Shown one piece after another: positions 48,264-59,720 of a stretch of 64,000 bases of DNA. The notes under the pieces were generated by a model. It did not search any database and was not told the DNA's origin. It saw nothing but the letters and a program-made list of their open reading frames with translations. Every line of letters begins with the position of its first letter. Position 1 is the first letter of the stretch. The stretch spans positions 8,680,001 through 8,744,000 of the forward strand of contig JBHGNT010000021.1 of NCBI GenBank assembly GCA_043228905.1, given 5' to 3'. Source of the DNA: Azolla caroliniana (Eukaryota; Plantae; Polypodiophyta). Both the position numbers and the translations under genes were made by a program.

Positions 48264-51200
48264 GGACGAAGAGAGGGCCGAATGTTCATTCTCGACTCAC
48301 ACGAGATGAAATAGGCCATGTTCACAAAGAGCATGAAAGCCGACTCCGACATAGAGTTATGGCACAAGTGGATTGGCCATATAAATCTCCAAAAGCTCAA
48401 AACAATGAAATTGAAAGGAGTCGTCACTGGACTCTCAACATTCAAAGAGAAGGAGATTGAAGGTGTATGCGAAGCGTGCCAATTCGGCAAGCAACACCGA
48501 CACCCATTCCTGAAAGAGCGGAACGTGAGCAAAGGTCTACTCGACGTAGTCCATTCCGATGTATGGGGATCGACGCAGACGGCTACATTCGGCGGATGCC
48601 GATATTACGTGCTCTTCATCGACGACTTCTCTAGGCACACTTGGATCTACCCGATGCGGCAAAAGAGCGAAGTGTTCGGATACTTCCAAACAATCAAGAA
48701 TGAAGTCGAGAAAGCCACGGGCCGACATGTACGTTGTCTTCGATCGGATGGCGGCAAGGAGTACTTCTCGAACAATTTCACGGCGTATCTCCGAAAGGAA
48801 GGAATTCGGCGAGAATTCACTTGTCGACACACTCCGCAACAAAATGGATTAGCGGAGCGCAAAAATCGGCACATTCTCGAAGTAGCGTGGGCCATGATGA
48901 ACGAGAAGCATATGCCCAAGTCATATTGGGCCGAAGCTGCAAATACGGTCATCTACCTAATGAACTAGTGCACAACATCCGGCATGCACGAGGTCACTCC
49001 GCACAAAACATACTTCGGAAAGAAGCCGGACTTATCGCACATCCGGATATTCGGCGCGATAGCGTATGTGCACATCCCCGATGAGAAGCGTCAAAAGCTT
49101 AATCCAAAGTCGAAGAAATGTATCCTTGTAGGATACTCATTGGAGCAAAAGGGGTACAAGTGCTACAACCCCGCAACTCGAAAATCTCGAGTAAATCGAG
49201 ACGTCGTCTTTGACAAGTTCGCATCCTGGTACGCACCAGAGACAACTTCGCCTCTGACTCCGCTCGACCCGGAATCCGCCGAACAAGAGATTGAGGATGA
49301 AGATCGCCCTACGTGCATGATCGAAGAAAGTCTGATCACGACCCGACTGAGCGGACCACAAGAGCCTTTGAGTGATCAAAGCACATCACGGCCTAGCCCG
49401 AAAATGGACAAAGGCAAGGCGAAAATGGCGGAATACGCAGACGATCGCGTCGACGATGATGAGTCGACTCACTCATTCGACAGTGAGTTCGGCGGTTTCG
49501 AGATACGAATCGGAGCTAAGAAAGTCGTCATCTCTACAAATGAAAAGCTCCGCCGATCCACCCGTGAAAAGAACCTCGTAAGCCGATTCGGCTACAACGA
49601 TTATATGGCGTACCAGTACGCCTTTATGATGAAGGTAGCAACAGTACGGGAGCCGGAAACATTTTCCAAAGCAGCCAAGGATCCGCGATGGATCGATGCA
49701 ATGAACAAGGAGATGCAGGCACTACACAAGAACGAGATGTGGGATCTCGTTCCCACCTCACCACACAAAAAGGCGATCAGATGCAGATGGATTTACAAAG
49801 TGAAGTACAACGCCGACGGTTCCGTCAACCACTACAAAGCGCGCCTCATAGTGAAAGGTTACGCCCAAACTCACAGAGTTGACTACGAGGAGACCTTTGC
49901 CCCGGTGGCAAAGATGACGACAGTGCGGACTGTAATTGCGCTTGCCACGGCGAAAGGGTGGCACCTCCATCAAATGGACGTCAAGAACGCCTTTCTACAA
50001 GGCAAATTAGAAGAGGAGGTGTATATGATACAACCACCCGGCTTCAACTCAAGCACCCATCCGAAAGCTGTATGCGGACTCAAGAAGCCCCTCTACAACC
50101 TCAAGCAAGCACCGCGTGCTTGGCATTCGAAGATAATGCAATATCTTCATGAAATCGGCTTCCGTATGTCAAAATCAGACAACTCCCTCTACATACGAAG
50201 CGATTCCACAAGTCCGATAGTCACTATTTATATGTGGATGACCTAGTCATTGGAGGCGAGCATCTCGTTGAAATCAATAAAGTCAAATCCCTCCTTTCCG
50301 ACAAGTTCGAGATGACGGACATGAAGGAGCTCCACTACTTCCTTGGCATCGAGGTAATTCAGACTCCGGCAGGAATCATGATCTCTCAATGGCACTACAT
50401 CCTCAATTTGTTATACAAGTTTGGGATGGTTGAGTGCAAATCCGTGGCAACCCCGCTCGATCGCAATCTCAAACTAGATACGAACTCCGGCACCAAAGCT
50501 TGTGAGCCAACCTAGTATCGGTAACTAATCGGGAGTCTCATCTACCTCACGATCACTCGACCCAATCTCAGTTATCCGGCCGGTCTCCTTAGCCAATTCA
50601 TGCAAGCACCGCGTGATACTCACTTGGATTGCGCTAAGCGAGTTCTACGATACGTGAGCGGCACAATGGATTGTGGCATCCTCTACAAGACCGCGATGCC
50701 AATACGACTCGAGCCCGGTACACAAACGCCGATTGGGCCGGTTACAAAGCCGATAGAAGATCAACCTCTAGATTAGTTTTCTCCCTCGGCAGCGGAGCAA
50801 TATCCTGGAGCAGCAAAAAGCAACCAACCATTGCTCTTTCGAGCACAGAGGCGGAGTACAGGAGTGCGGCAGTGGCCACATGTGAAGCCGTATGGCTCAG
50901 AAGGATACTCAAGGATTTAGGCGTACCCATCAAGGATCCAACTTCCCTTTACTGCGACAACATGAGCAATATTTATCTAGCTCGAAACCTAGTGTTTTAC
51001 GCGTGGACAAAGCACATCGAAGTGCATTATCACTTCATCCGAGAGCGCGTTCTAGCTGGCGATGTCGACCTACAACACATTAGCACAAATCTTCAAATGG
51101 CCGACATCTTCACTAAAGCCTTAGGAGCCGACAAGCTATGGCAATTCATGACCGATCTCGGATTGACAATCCTTAACCTGCCAAGCTTGAGGGGGAGTAT

Positions 51201-51405
51201 TGAAGACACTACGCAATAACGCATGGATTCCGCAACCGCGCAACGAAGCCGTAAAGAAAGACGCAAGCCGAAGCACAGACTTCGCAATTACGCACAACGC
51301 AAGCTGGAGCACGGATTCCGCAACTCCGCATAAAGCGAGTCGACGCGAGTCGAAGTGGATTTCGGATACCGTCTGAAACTGACCCAACTTGAGCTTGAGG
51401 GGGCG

Positions 51406-51789
51406 TGTTGAGAATCAAGCTCAACTTGGTCTACTGTGTGAACTCACCTTGAGAGTGAATAGACACTCCAACGGTCAAGAGTCACCATTAAGTCACCACT
51501 TTGTATTCTAGCATTTAGTATGAGTCATAGAATCATATTCTATGACACATAACTTATGAGCTTTCACATTCCCCATGCTCCATGAGTCTTGTAGTTAATG
51601 AAGAGAGAGGGTGACTATATAAAGCACCCTCCTCCCTCTTTGTAAAATGTTGAGTCTTTCTCCTTTGTTAATACAATCTACCTTGCGTATACTGTGTGTG
51701 TGTGTGTGTCTCTCTCTCTCTCTCACACACATACGCACATAACACACATCTATTCCACATCACAAGAATCCATCTCTTGATTCTTTACA
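51406..51789 (+). repeat. C1 3' LTR
   Basis: TGTTGAGAATC...CTTTACA after TGAGGGGGCG. Confidence 0.95.
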
Positions 51790-53228
51790 GGGTTCATCAA
51801 CCGGCACATGTCGAAACCAGGACAGAAGCATTGGGAGGCCAAGCACATCTTCAAGTATATGAGAGGAACCGGAGATGTACCACTGACTTTCAGATTGGCA
51901 AATTTGACCGAAGTCAAAGGTTGCACGAATTCCGAGTACGCTGGAAATACGGACAATTGGAAGTTGACATCAAGCTATATTTTTAGCTATGGCAGAGGCG
52001 CTATATCATGGAGGTCAAAATTATAAGAATGCACGACCTTGTCAACGACAAAGGCTGAGTTGATTACCGCATCAGAAGTAGCGAAGGAAGCAATCTGGCT
52101 ACATCTACTGTCGACCAATTTTTCGGCAACACGCCGAATCGACCATCCAACACTGACCATCTATTGGGATTCACATAGTGCAATACACCTCATTAGGAAT
52201 CATGTCTAACATGCAACGAAAAAACATATTGAGGTGCGGTTTCATCATATCTAGGAGCTCATAACAAAAAAGAAGCTCGACGTGCAAAAGATAGATACCG
52301 AGGTGAACATTGGCGATTGCCTGACTGAGCCACTCCCAAAACAACACTTCGAAGCACTAAGGAAAATGATGGGACTACGACAAGCAACCAAGCAAAAGAG
52401 AGCCGAGCGAATAATTGCAGAAGGTAAGTTGAAGATCGACCCGATCGGATGAGCCGAAAAGGCAAAGTCTAAAGAATCGGAATATTGAGAGCCTCAAGAC
52501 TCGGCACTGAGCAAGGATACCTATTGGAGAGGAGACGACCCCAAAGACAAATTGATGACCTAGGGAGAAGCACAAGAGCAGGTGCGTACGAGGAGCAGAC
52601 GATCGAGTAGAGGATGAGAGTCGGAATCAGACATGAGTCCATCCGAACAAATGAGCCAATTTAGATGAACGTTGATCTAAACCAGTCGATCCAACCGACC
52701 GAGTCCGGGTGACCCGGATGACTAGACGAATTAGGCTAGATTCCGACTATACCCTTGCAAAATCAGCCGAATGCTGACAAACTTGTATGTATACACTTGT
52801 AACTATAGATTAGACATGTAATCTAGGTTCACACTAGAGATAAACCGAATTATTTGTATGCATAGGAAGAGTACTATTTTAGAGAATAACAAAGCCCCCA
52901 TTAGAGCTAAATTGTGTCTATTGTACCTTCTACCTTCTTGCATATCTATACTCTGTCTGTGTTGTTCGTTGTACACATATTCTTGTAGGTCCTCACATAT
53001 TCTTCCACATATCATACTCAACAGTGAGGTCGTATGAGAAGATTCTAAAGACCCCTTTGTAGATGTACTTGTGTGAATGTCATTTTATATAATCTGTGGT
53101 CAAAAGAACAAGGCGAGGAGAAGGATCTGAAGGAGGGAAACGCTCAAAGTTCGCCCCAAGGGGGCAAATGCTTGAGGTGACTATTGCAAGGCGGCAAAGG
53201 TTCAACCTTTGCGACTTTTCATCTCTCT

Positions 53229-53265
<37 letters not shown>

Positions 53266-54208
53266 GAAGGCACTTAGGAGCCGATAACAACGAGATTAAC
53301 ATTAATACAATTCAATAAATACAATGTACACTAGATTAGGACCGTAACATCCAATTATACAAGAAACAAAAACCCTTTATCCATTAGGTTTTACAAAATT
53401 ATTAATGATGACAAACTAACCAAGTTTAGTTACAATAGTTGCCTCTCTAAATGAAACAAAACCTTTAAACGAAAACAAAACAGGGCAGTGGAGAAGTAGT
53501 CCAACTCCACTCTCGGCCACGCCATTCACCAAGACCTCAAGACCCAAGTATTGTAGAAGAACTCCAAAACCTAACTCTCATGAAGATAAGAAAATAAATG
53601 TTGAGAATCAAGCTCAACATAGTGCAATGTGTGAACGCACGCTCTGAGAATCTATGATCACTCAAAGGTCAAGAGTCACACCACAACTCTCTACACATTA
53701 ACTATGTGTCATAAAATCATATTCTATGACACATAACTAATGAGTTACATATTCCCCATGACTATGAGTCTTCACATTCCCCAAGAGAGAGTGGTTCTTG
53801 TAGTTAGTTAATGAAGAGAGAGGGTGACTATATATAAAGCACCCTCTTCATACTTCATACTAAGTCGGTTGTGACTCATTGTAATGCTACATTTTGTATT
53901 TCTCGTTCTACTTGTGAATATACATCTTCTTCTTCTTGAGTATTTCATTTCTCTAGCTTACCTATCTTGTGTTTCTCTTCTCTCATCTCTTTTCTCTCAC
54001 ACATAACACACATCTCTTCCGCTACACAAGAGTCATATCCGATTCTTTACATGGTATTAGAGTGGTTTGGTTGCTCGATCTAGCCCATCCGCGTGTGTTG
54101 TGATCTACGCCGATGTTCGAGAAGAAACGGTCCATCGCTATCGTAGTGCAACTACATAGCTCGTATTCGAGAGAGAAGGAAAAGAAAAGGAAGAAATCTT
54201 CATCGACA

Positions 54209-57200
54209 ATGAATACTCAAATGGGGAGCGCTCTCCCTAGCGAGAAGCTAGATCAAAACAACTTTGCATCTTGGGAGTACAAGATGCACCAATACCTTGT
54301 CGGCCAAGGCTATTGGGGTTACATCAAAGGAGCACAAGAAAACCGACCCGACTCGAAAGATGCCGACTACGCAACATGGGAGCAAGCGGCAAGCCGAGTG
54401 ATGTATTTCTTGGCGACAAGTTCACGACCACATGCTCAACTACATTCGAGAAGCCGAGACGCCAAAGGAAGCGTGGGAGAATCTACGAAAGATTTTCACC
54501 GCCAACACAACCGCGAGAAACCTTCAACTCCGTCAAGAGTTGAACAACATCCAACAAAGGTATATGTCCATCACGAGCTACACCTTGAAGATCAAGGAGC
54601 TTTGCGACTCGTTCGGCTCGATAAGTGTGAATGTGGACGATGATGAGATGGTGCAAATATGCCTCGATGGCCTTGCACCACGGTTCGGCGCGATGAGGAC
54701 TGTCGTATTAGCATGGGAGGATCCACCCTCCTTCTTCAATCTTCAATCCATGTTGTTGGTCAAAGAAGACCATGTTCGAACAAGGAGCAACGCCTTGGAA
54801 GGCCACAAAACTCGGTCAAATGTGAATATTGCAGAAAAATCGGTCACCACAAAGAAGAGTGTCGTAAGAAGATGCGCGAGTCGGCTTCCACTAGCCGAAT
54901 ACTCACCAATTATGCCACCAACTCCGAATATCACAATCGTGGCGGAATGTTCGTGATGAGACAAAGAGAAAATTCTATGTCGGCTTCTACTTCAACTAGT
55001 GCCTCCAATCCGGAAGAGGTATGGTTTGTGGACTCCGGTGCCTCGAACCATATGATGTCTCATCAAGAATGGTTCCGAGAACTTCGAGAACCGGAACAAG
55101 CCGGCTATGCCGAAACTGGCATCCAATTTGACACATCGGCAATTTCCCATTCGGCAAAGAAGGTAACCAAATTATTAAGAATGTCTTGCATGTACCAACC
55201 ATTACGAAGAATTTGGTCTCCGTCGGCCAAATTGTTGAACAAGGGATGAAAGTATGATTTAATCAAGGCGGTTGCTTCATCGAAAAAGATGGCCGACTCA
55301 TCGCTCGCAAACGAAGAGAGGGTTGGATGTTCATTCTCCACTCGCACGAGATGAAATCGGCCATGTTCGCAAAGGGCATGAAAGCCGATTCTGACATAGA
55401 GTTATGGCACAAGTGGATTGGCCATATCAACCTCCAAAAGCTCAAGGCAATGCAATCGGAAGGAGTCGTCATTAGGCTCCTGAAATTCAAGGAGAACGAG
55501 ATTGAAGGCGTGTGTGCTGCTTGGCACCCATTTTCAAAGGAGCGGAACGTGAGCAAAGGCGTACACGACGTAATTCATTCCGATGTATGGGGTTTGGCTC
55601 ATATGGCTACATTCAGCGGATGCCGATACTACGTGGCCTTCATCAACGACTTCTCCAGGCACACCTGGATCTACCCCATGCGGCAAAAGAGCGAAATGTT
55701 CAGACACTTCCAAAATTTTAGGAATGAAGTCGAGAAAGCCACAGGCCGACATGTACAATGTCTTCGGTCAAATGGAGGCAAGGAGTACTTCTCCGATGAA
55801 TTTTCGGCTTTTCTATGAAAAGAAGGAATTTGGTGAGAGTTTTCATGTCGACATGTGCCACAACAAAACGGAGTTGCCGAATGGAAGAATCGGCACATCC
55901 TCAAAGTAGCATGGGCCATGATGAACGAAAAGCACCTGCCGAAGTCGTACTGGGCAGAAGCGGCTAACATAGTCATATACCTCATGAATCGGTGTACAAC
56001 ATTGGGTGTGCACGAACTTACTCCGCATGAGAAATTTTTCGGAAACAAGTTGGACCTATCACATGTTCGGATATTCGGCTCCATTTTGTATGTGCACATC
56101 CCCGACGAGATGCGACAAAAGCTCGACCCGAAGTCGGAGAAATGTATGCTCGTAGGATACTCACTAGAGAAAAAGGGGTACAAGTGTTATAACCCCTCAA
56201 CTTGAAAATCTCGAGTAAGTTGAGACGTCATTTTCGACGAGTCCGCATCTTGGTACGCACTAGACACAACTTCGACTCCGATTCCACTCGACCCGGAATC
56301 CACCGAAATAGAGATAGAAGCCGAAGATCAGCTCACGCACATGTTCAAAGAAAGCCCGATTACGACAAGGCTTAGTGGGCCACAAGAGCCTCTGAACAAT
56401 CAAAGCACATCTTGACTGAGTCCAAAGCTAGACAAAGGAAAGGCGAAAATGCCGGAGTATGAAGACAATCACTTCGACAGCAACGAATCGACTCACTCCC
56501 TCGATAGTGAGTTCGAAGGCCTTGACATCTGGACAAATGGAGCGAAGAAAGCCTTAGTATCGGCAAACGAGAAGCTCCACTGATCCACCCGTGAAAAGAA
56601 CCCTATAAGCCGATTCGGCTACAATGATTATATGGCATATCATTACGCCTTTATGATGAGGGTAGCGACAAGACGGAAGCCGGAATCATTTTCTGGAGCC
56701 GCGAAGGACCCCCGATGGGTTGAAGCGATGAATGAGGAGATGCAAGCACTCTCCAAAAACAAGACATGGGATCGTGTCCCCCACTCACCGTACAAGAAGG
56801 CGATCAGCTGCAGATGGATCTACAAGGTGAACTATAACGTTGATGGCTCCGTAAACCGCTACAAAGCTCAACTCATAGCAAAAGGATACGCACAGACGCA
56901 TGGAATCGACTACGAAGAGACATTTGCCCTGGTGGCAAAGATGATGATTGTGCGGACCGTTGTCGGGTTGTCTCACTTACGCGTGTGAAATAAGGCGGGA
57001 CCACGGGGGCCCTAAACCGAGGAGCAAGAGAGACAAGAGGATGTGACGAGCGCACAAGGGCAAGGCCCGCTAGACCTGTCAGCAACCGATAGGACTTGCC
57101 CGTTGAATGAACCGCCAACGCGTATACCGACTTAACCAAGAAGCACACTCAAGAGAAACAAAAGAGGAGACACCCAGAAACACAGATAGACGAGAACAAG

Positions 57201-58805
57201 AGACTCAATTCCAATAATAGTGACAATTACAATGATTGCAACCCTAGGAAGATTGAAAATAAAGGAGGAGGGAGCTTGGTTCCCAGTCCGACAGCACCTC
57301 GTCCTTGCCCCAAAACACGATATATTTGGTGAACTTCTCCCCTCCCTTTTATAGGTCGCTGAGGAGGCCATTACATCAAAACACGTCATCTTAATTCTCT
57401 GTCCCTTTGGACAGAGATACGCATCGATTTCCTAATTAATAAATATCCCATACCTAGTATATTTACATCAGCCGTCCTATTCCTAGTTATGTACAATGAA
57501 TCAATTCACGCACACTCGTGAAAGGGTGGGTTCCTTGATTCCTCTTAGGGCCGGTTCTTCACAACACCGTGATCGCACTCGCAACGGCGAAAGGGTGGCA
57601 CCTCCACGAAATGGACGTCAAGAACGCCTTTCTTCAAGACAAATTAGAAGAGGTGTACATGCTACAACCACCCAGCTTCGAATCTAGCATTCACCCGGAA
57701 GTCGTATGCCAACTCAAGAAGCCTCTCTACGGTCTCAAGCAAGCACCGTGTGCTTGGCATTCGAAGATTACGCAATCTTCATTAAATCGGATTTAGAATG
57801 TCGAAATCCGACAACTCCCTCTACGTACGAAATGATTCTAGAAACCTGATTGTCATCCTATACGTGGATGATCTAGTTATTGGAGGTGAGCATTTGGTCA
57901 ACATCAACAAGGTGAAATCCCTCCTCTCCAACAAATTCGAGATGACGGAAATGAAGGAGCTTCATTACTTCCTAGGCATTGAAGTAATTTGGATTCCGAC
58001 CGGCATTATGATCTCTCCACGACACTACATCCTCAACTTGTTATACAAGTTCGGGATGACTGAGTGTAAATCTGTGTCAACCCCTCTCGATCGAAACCTC
58101 AAACTAGACGCTGACTCCGACACAGAGGAGTGCGAGCCGACTCAATATTGTCAACTGATCGGGAGCCTCATCTATCTCATGATCTCTCGACCCGACCTCA
58201 ATTATCCAGTCGACTTCCTTAGCCAGTTCATGCAAACTCCGCGAGATATCCATTTCAATTGCGCTAGGCGAGTATTACGTTACGTGAGCGGCACAATGGA
58301 TTACGTCATCCTTTACACATCGGTCACACCAATTCGACTCGAAGGGTACACGGATGCCGACTGGGCCGGATACAAAGCTGATTGATGATCGACCTCCGGA
58401 TTTGTCTTCTCACTCGGTAGCGGAGCAATATCTTGTAGTAAGAAGCAGCCTATCGTCGCACTTTCGAGTACAGAGGCCGAATATAGGGGTGCAACCATAG
58501 CAGCATGTAAAGTTGTATGACTCAAGAGGATTTTGAAGCATCTAGGCGTTTCCAGCAAGGATCTGACTCCCATTTACTATGACAACATCAGCAGTATATA
58601 TCCACACACACACAAACCATATCAAAGTGCACTACCACTTCATTCGAGAGCGTGTTCAAGCCGGAGATGTCGATCTTCTACACATCAACACAAATCTTTA
58701 GACAACCGACATCTTCACCAAGGCCCTAGGCGCCGACAAGCTTCGGCAATTCATGTCAGATCTTGGATTGATGATCCCTGACTTGCCAAGCTTGAGGGGG
58801 AGTAC
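54209..58805 (+). pseudogene. C4 gag-pol with many frameshifts and stops
   Basis: Collinear with C1 gag-pol (MGSALPSEKLD, WFVDSGAS, YVDDLV, YTDADWAG). Confidence 0.9.
56961..57566 (-). mobile_element. Solo LTR of the G1/G2/G4 group in C4 RT
   Basis: TGTCG...TCTTCACAACA; GCGGGACCACGGGGG motif; 4-bp TSD CCGT at 56957-56960 and 57567-57570. Confidence 0.92.
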
Positions 58806-59720
58806 AAGCGAGAACCGGATATCGTCTGAACTGGCTACGAGCCAAAGCGGACACCGGAGATCGTCCGAATGGGATACTAGCCGAAGCGGACATGAATCGA
58901 AAGGAACCAACCCGAGTTGAGCATGAGGGGGCATGTTGAGAATCAAGCTCAACATAGTGCAACGTGTGAACACACCTTTTGAGAATCTTTGATTACTCAA
59001 AGGTCAAGAGTCACACCACTACTCTCTACACATTAACTATGTGTCATAAAATCATATTCTATGACACATAACTAATGAGTTACATATTCCCCATTACTAT
59101 GAATCTTCACATTCCCCAAGAGAGAGTGGTTCTTGTAGTTAGTTAATGAAGAGAGAGGGTGACTATATATAAAGCACCCTCCTCATACTTCATTCTAAGT
59201 CGGTTGTGACTCCTTGTAATGCAACATTTTGTATTTCTCATTCTACTTGTGAATATACATCTTCTTCTTCTTCTTGAGTATTTCATTTCTCTAGCTTACC
59301 TATCTTGTGTTTCTCTTCTCTCATCTCTTTTCTCTCACACATAACACACATCTCTTCCGCTAAACAAGAATCATATCCGATTCTTTACAATAAATAAACC
59401 CTAAAACTTCCACAAAGAAATTTAACACTAAGAAGAAGACATTACAAAGCCATAGGAATCCACTCGAAAACAAAGAATAAGCTACTCGAAATAAGCCCTC
59501 TTCTCCTCTTTTTATAGAGAAAGAAGCGTCTATTTTCAGCATTAAATGCTTATCTACCCTTTTTACATCGAAAAATTGCAAAAATAGTTCCATTGGATGT
59601 GTTCGCAAAGATTTGAACTTGAAAAATGTAAAAGATTATGTGCGGAAGCAATAGAAAACCAAACACACAGAAAATACGCAGGTTTAATGGAGAGCTTGAG
59701 TATACACAGTACGCAGGAGA

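Larger units (their letters stand above)
36879..51219 (+). pseudogene. C1 gag-pol, split at 37634/47515 by C3 and with several lesions
   Basis: EKLDRNNFASWEYKM; knuckle CGYCGK|LGHHEEEC cut by C3; WFIDSGSS, SDGGKEY, QMDVKNAFL, ADIFTKAL, LRGS. Confidence 0.92.
15293..51789 (+). mobile_element. C1: Ty1/Copia element, tRNA-iMet primed, expanded to 36.5 kb by nested insertions
   Basis: TSD GGGTT at 15288-15292 and 51790-51794; 5' LTR 15293-15518 plus 36544-36707; 3' LTR 51406-51789; PBS TGGTATCAGAGCG at 36708. Confidence 0.95.
13387..53023 (+). mobile_element. C0: old, decayed Ty1/Copia element (5'-truncated), split by C1
   Basis: INT tail (KLGPHALKCIFLGYG-like, ~13575-13620) and RT remnants to 15292; resumes at 51795 (HMSKPGQKHWEAKHIFKYMRGT, GAISWRSKL). 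Probable 3' LTR 52483-53023 (TATTGAG...CTCAACA); this end is less certain. Confidence 0.75.
53599..59389 (+). mobile_element. C4: Copia element of the C1 family, decayed
   Basis: TSD ATAAA at 53594-53598 and 59390-59394; LTRs 53599-54051 and 58934-59389; degenerate iMet PBS at 54052. Confidence 0.95.
53024..59720. other. Unassigned non-coding host sequence (53024-53598 and 59395-59720), possibly an LTR remnant, split by C4
   Basis: AT-rich, (CT)n, TATA-like TTTTATAG near 59510; no termini or partner found. Confidence 0.3.
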
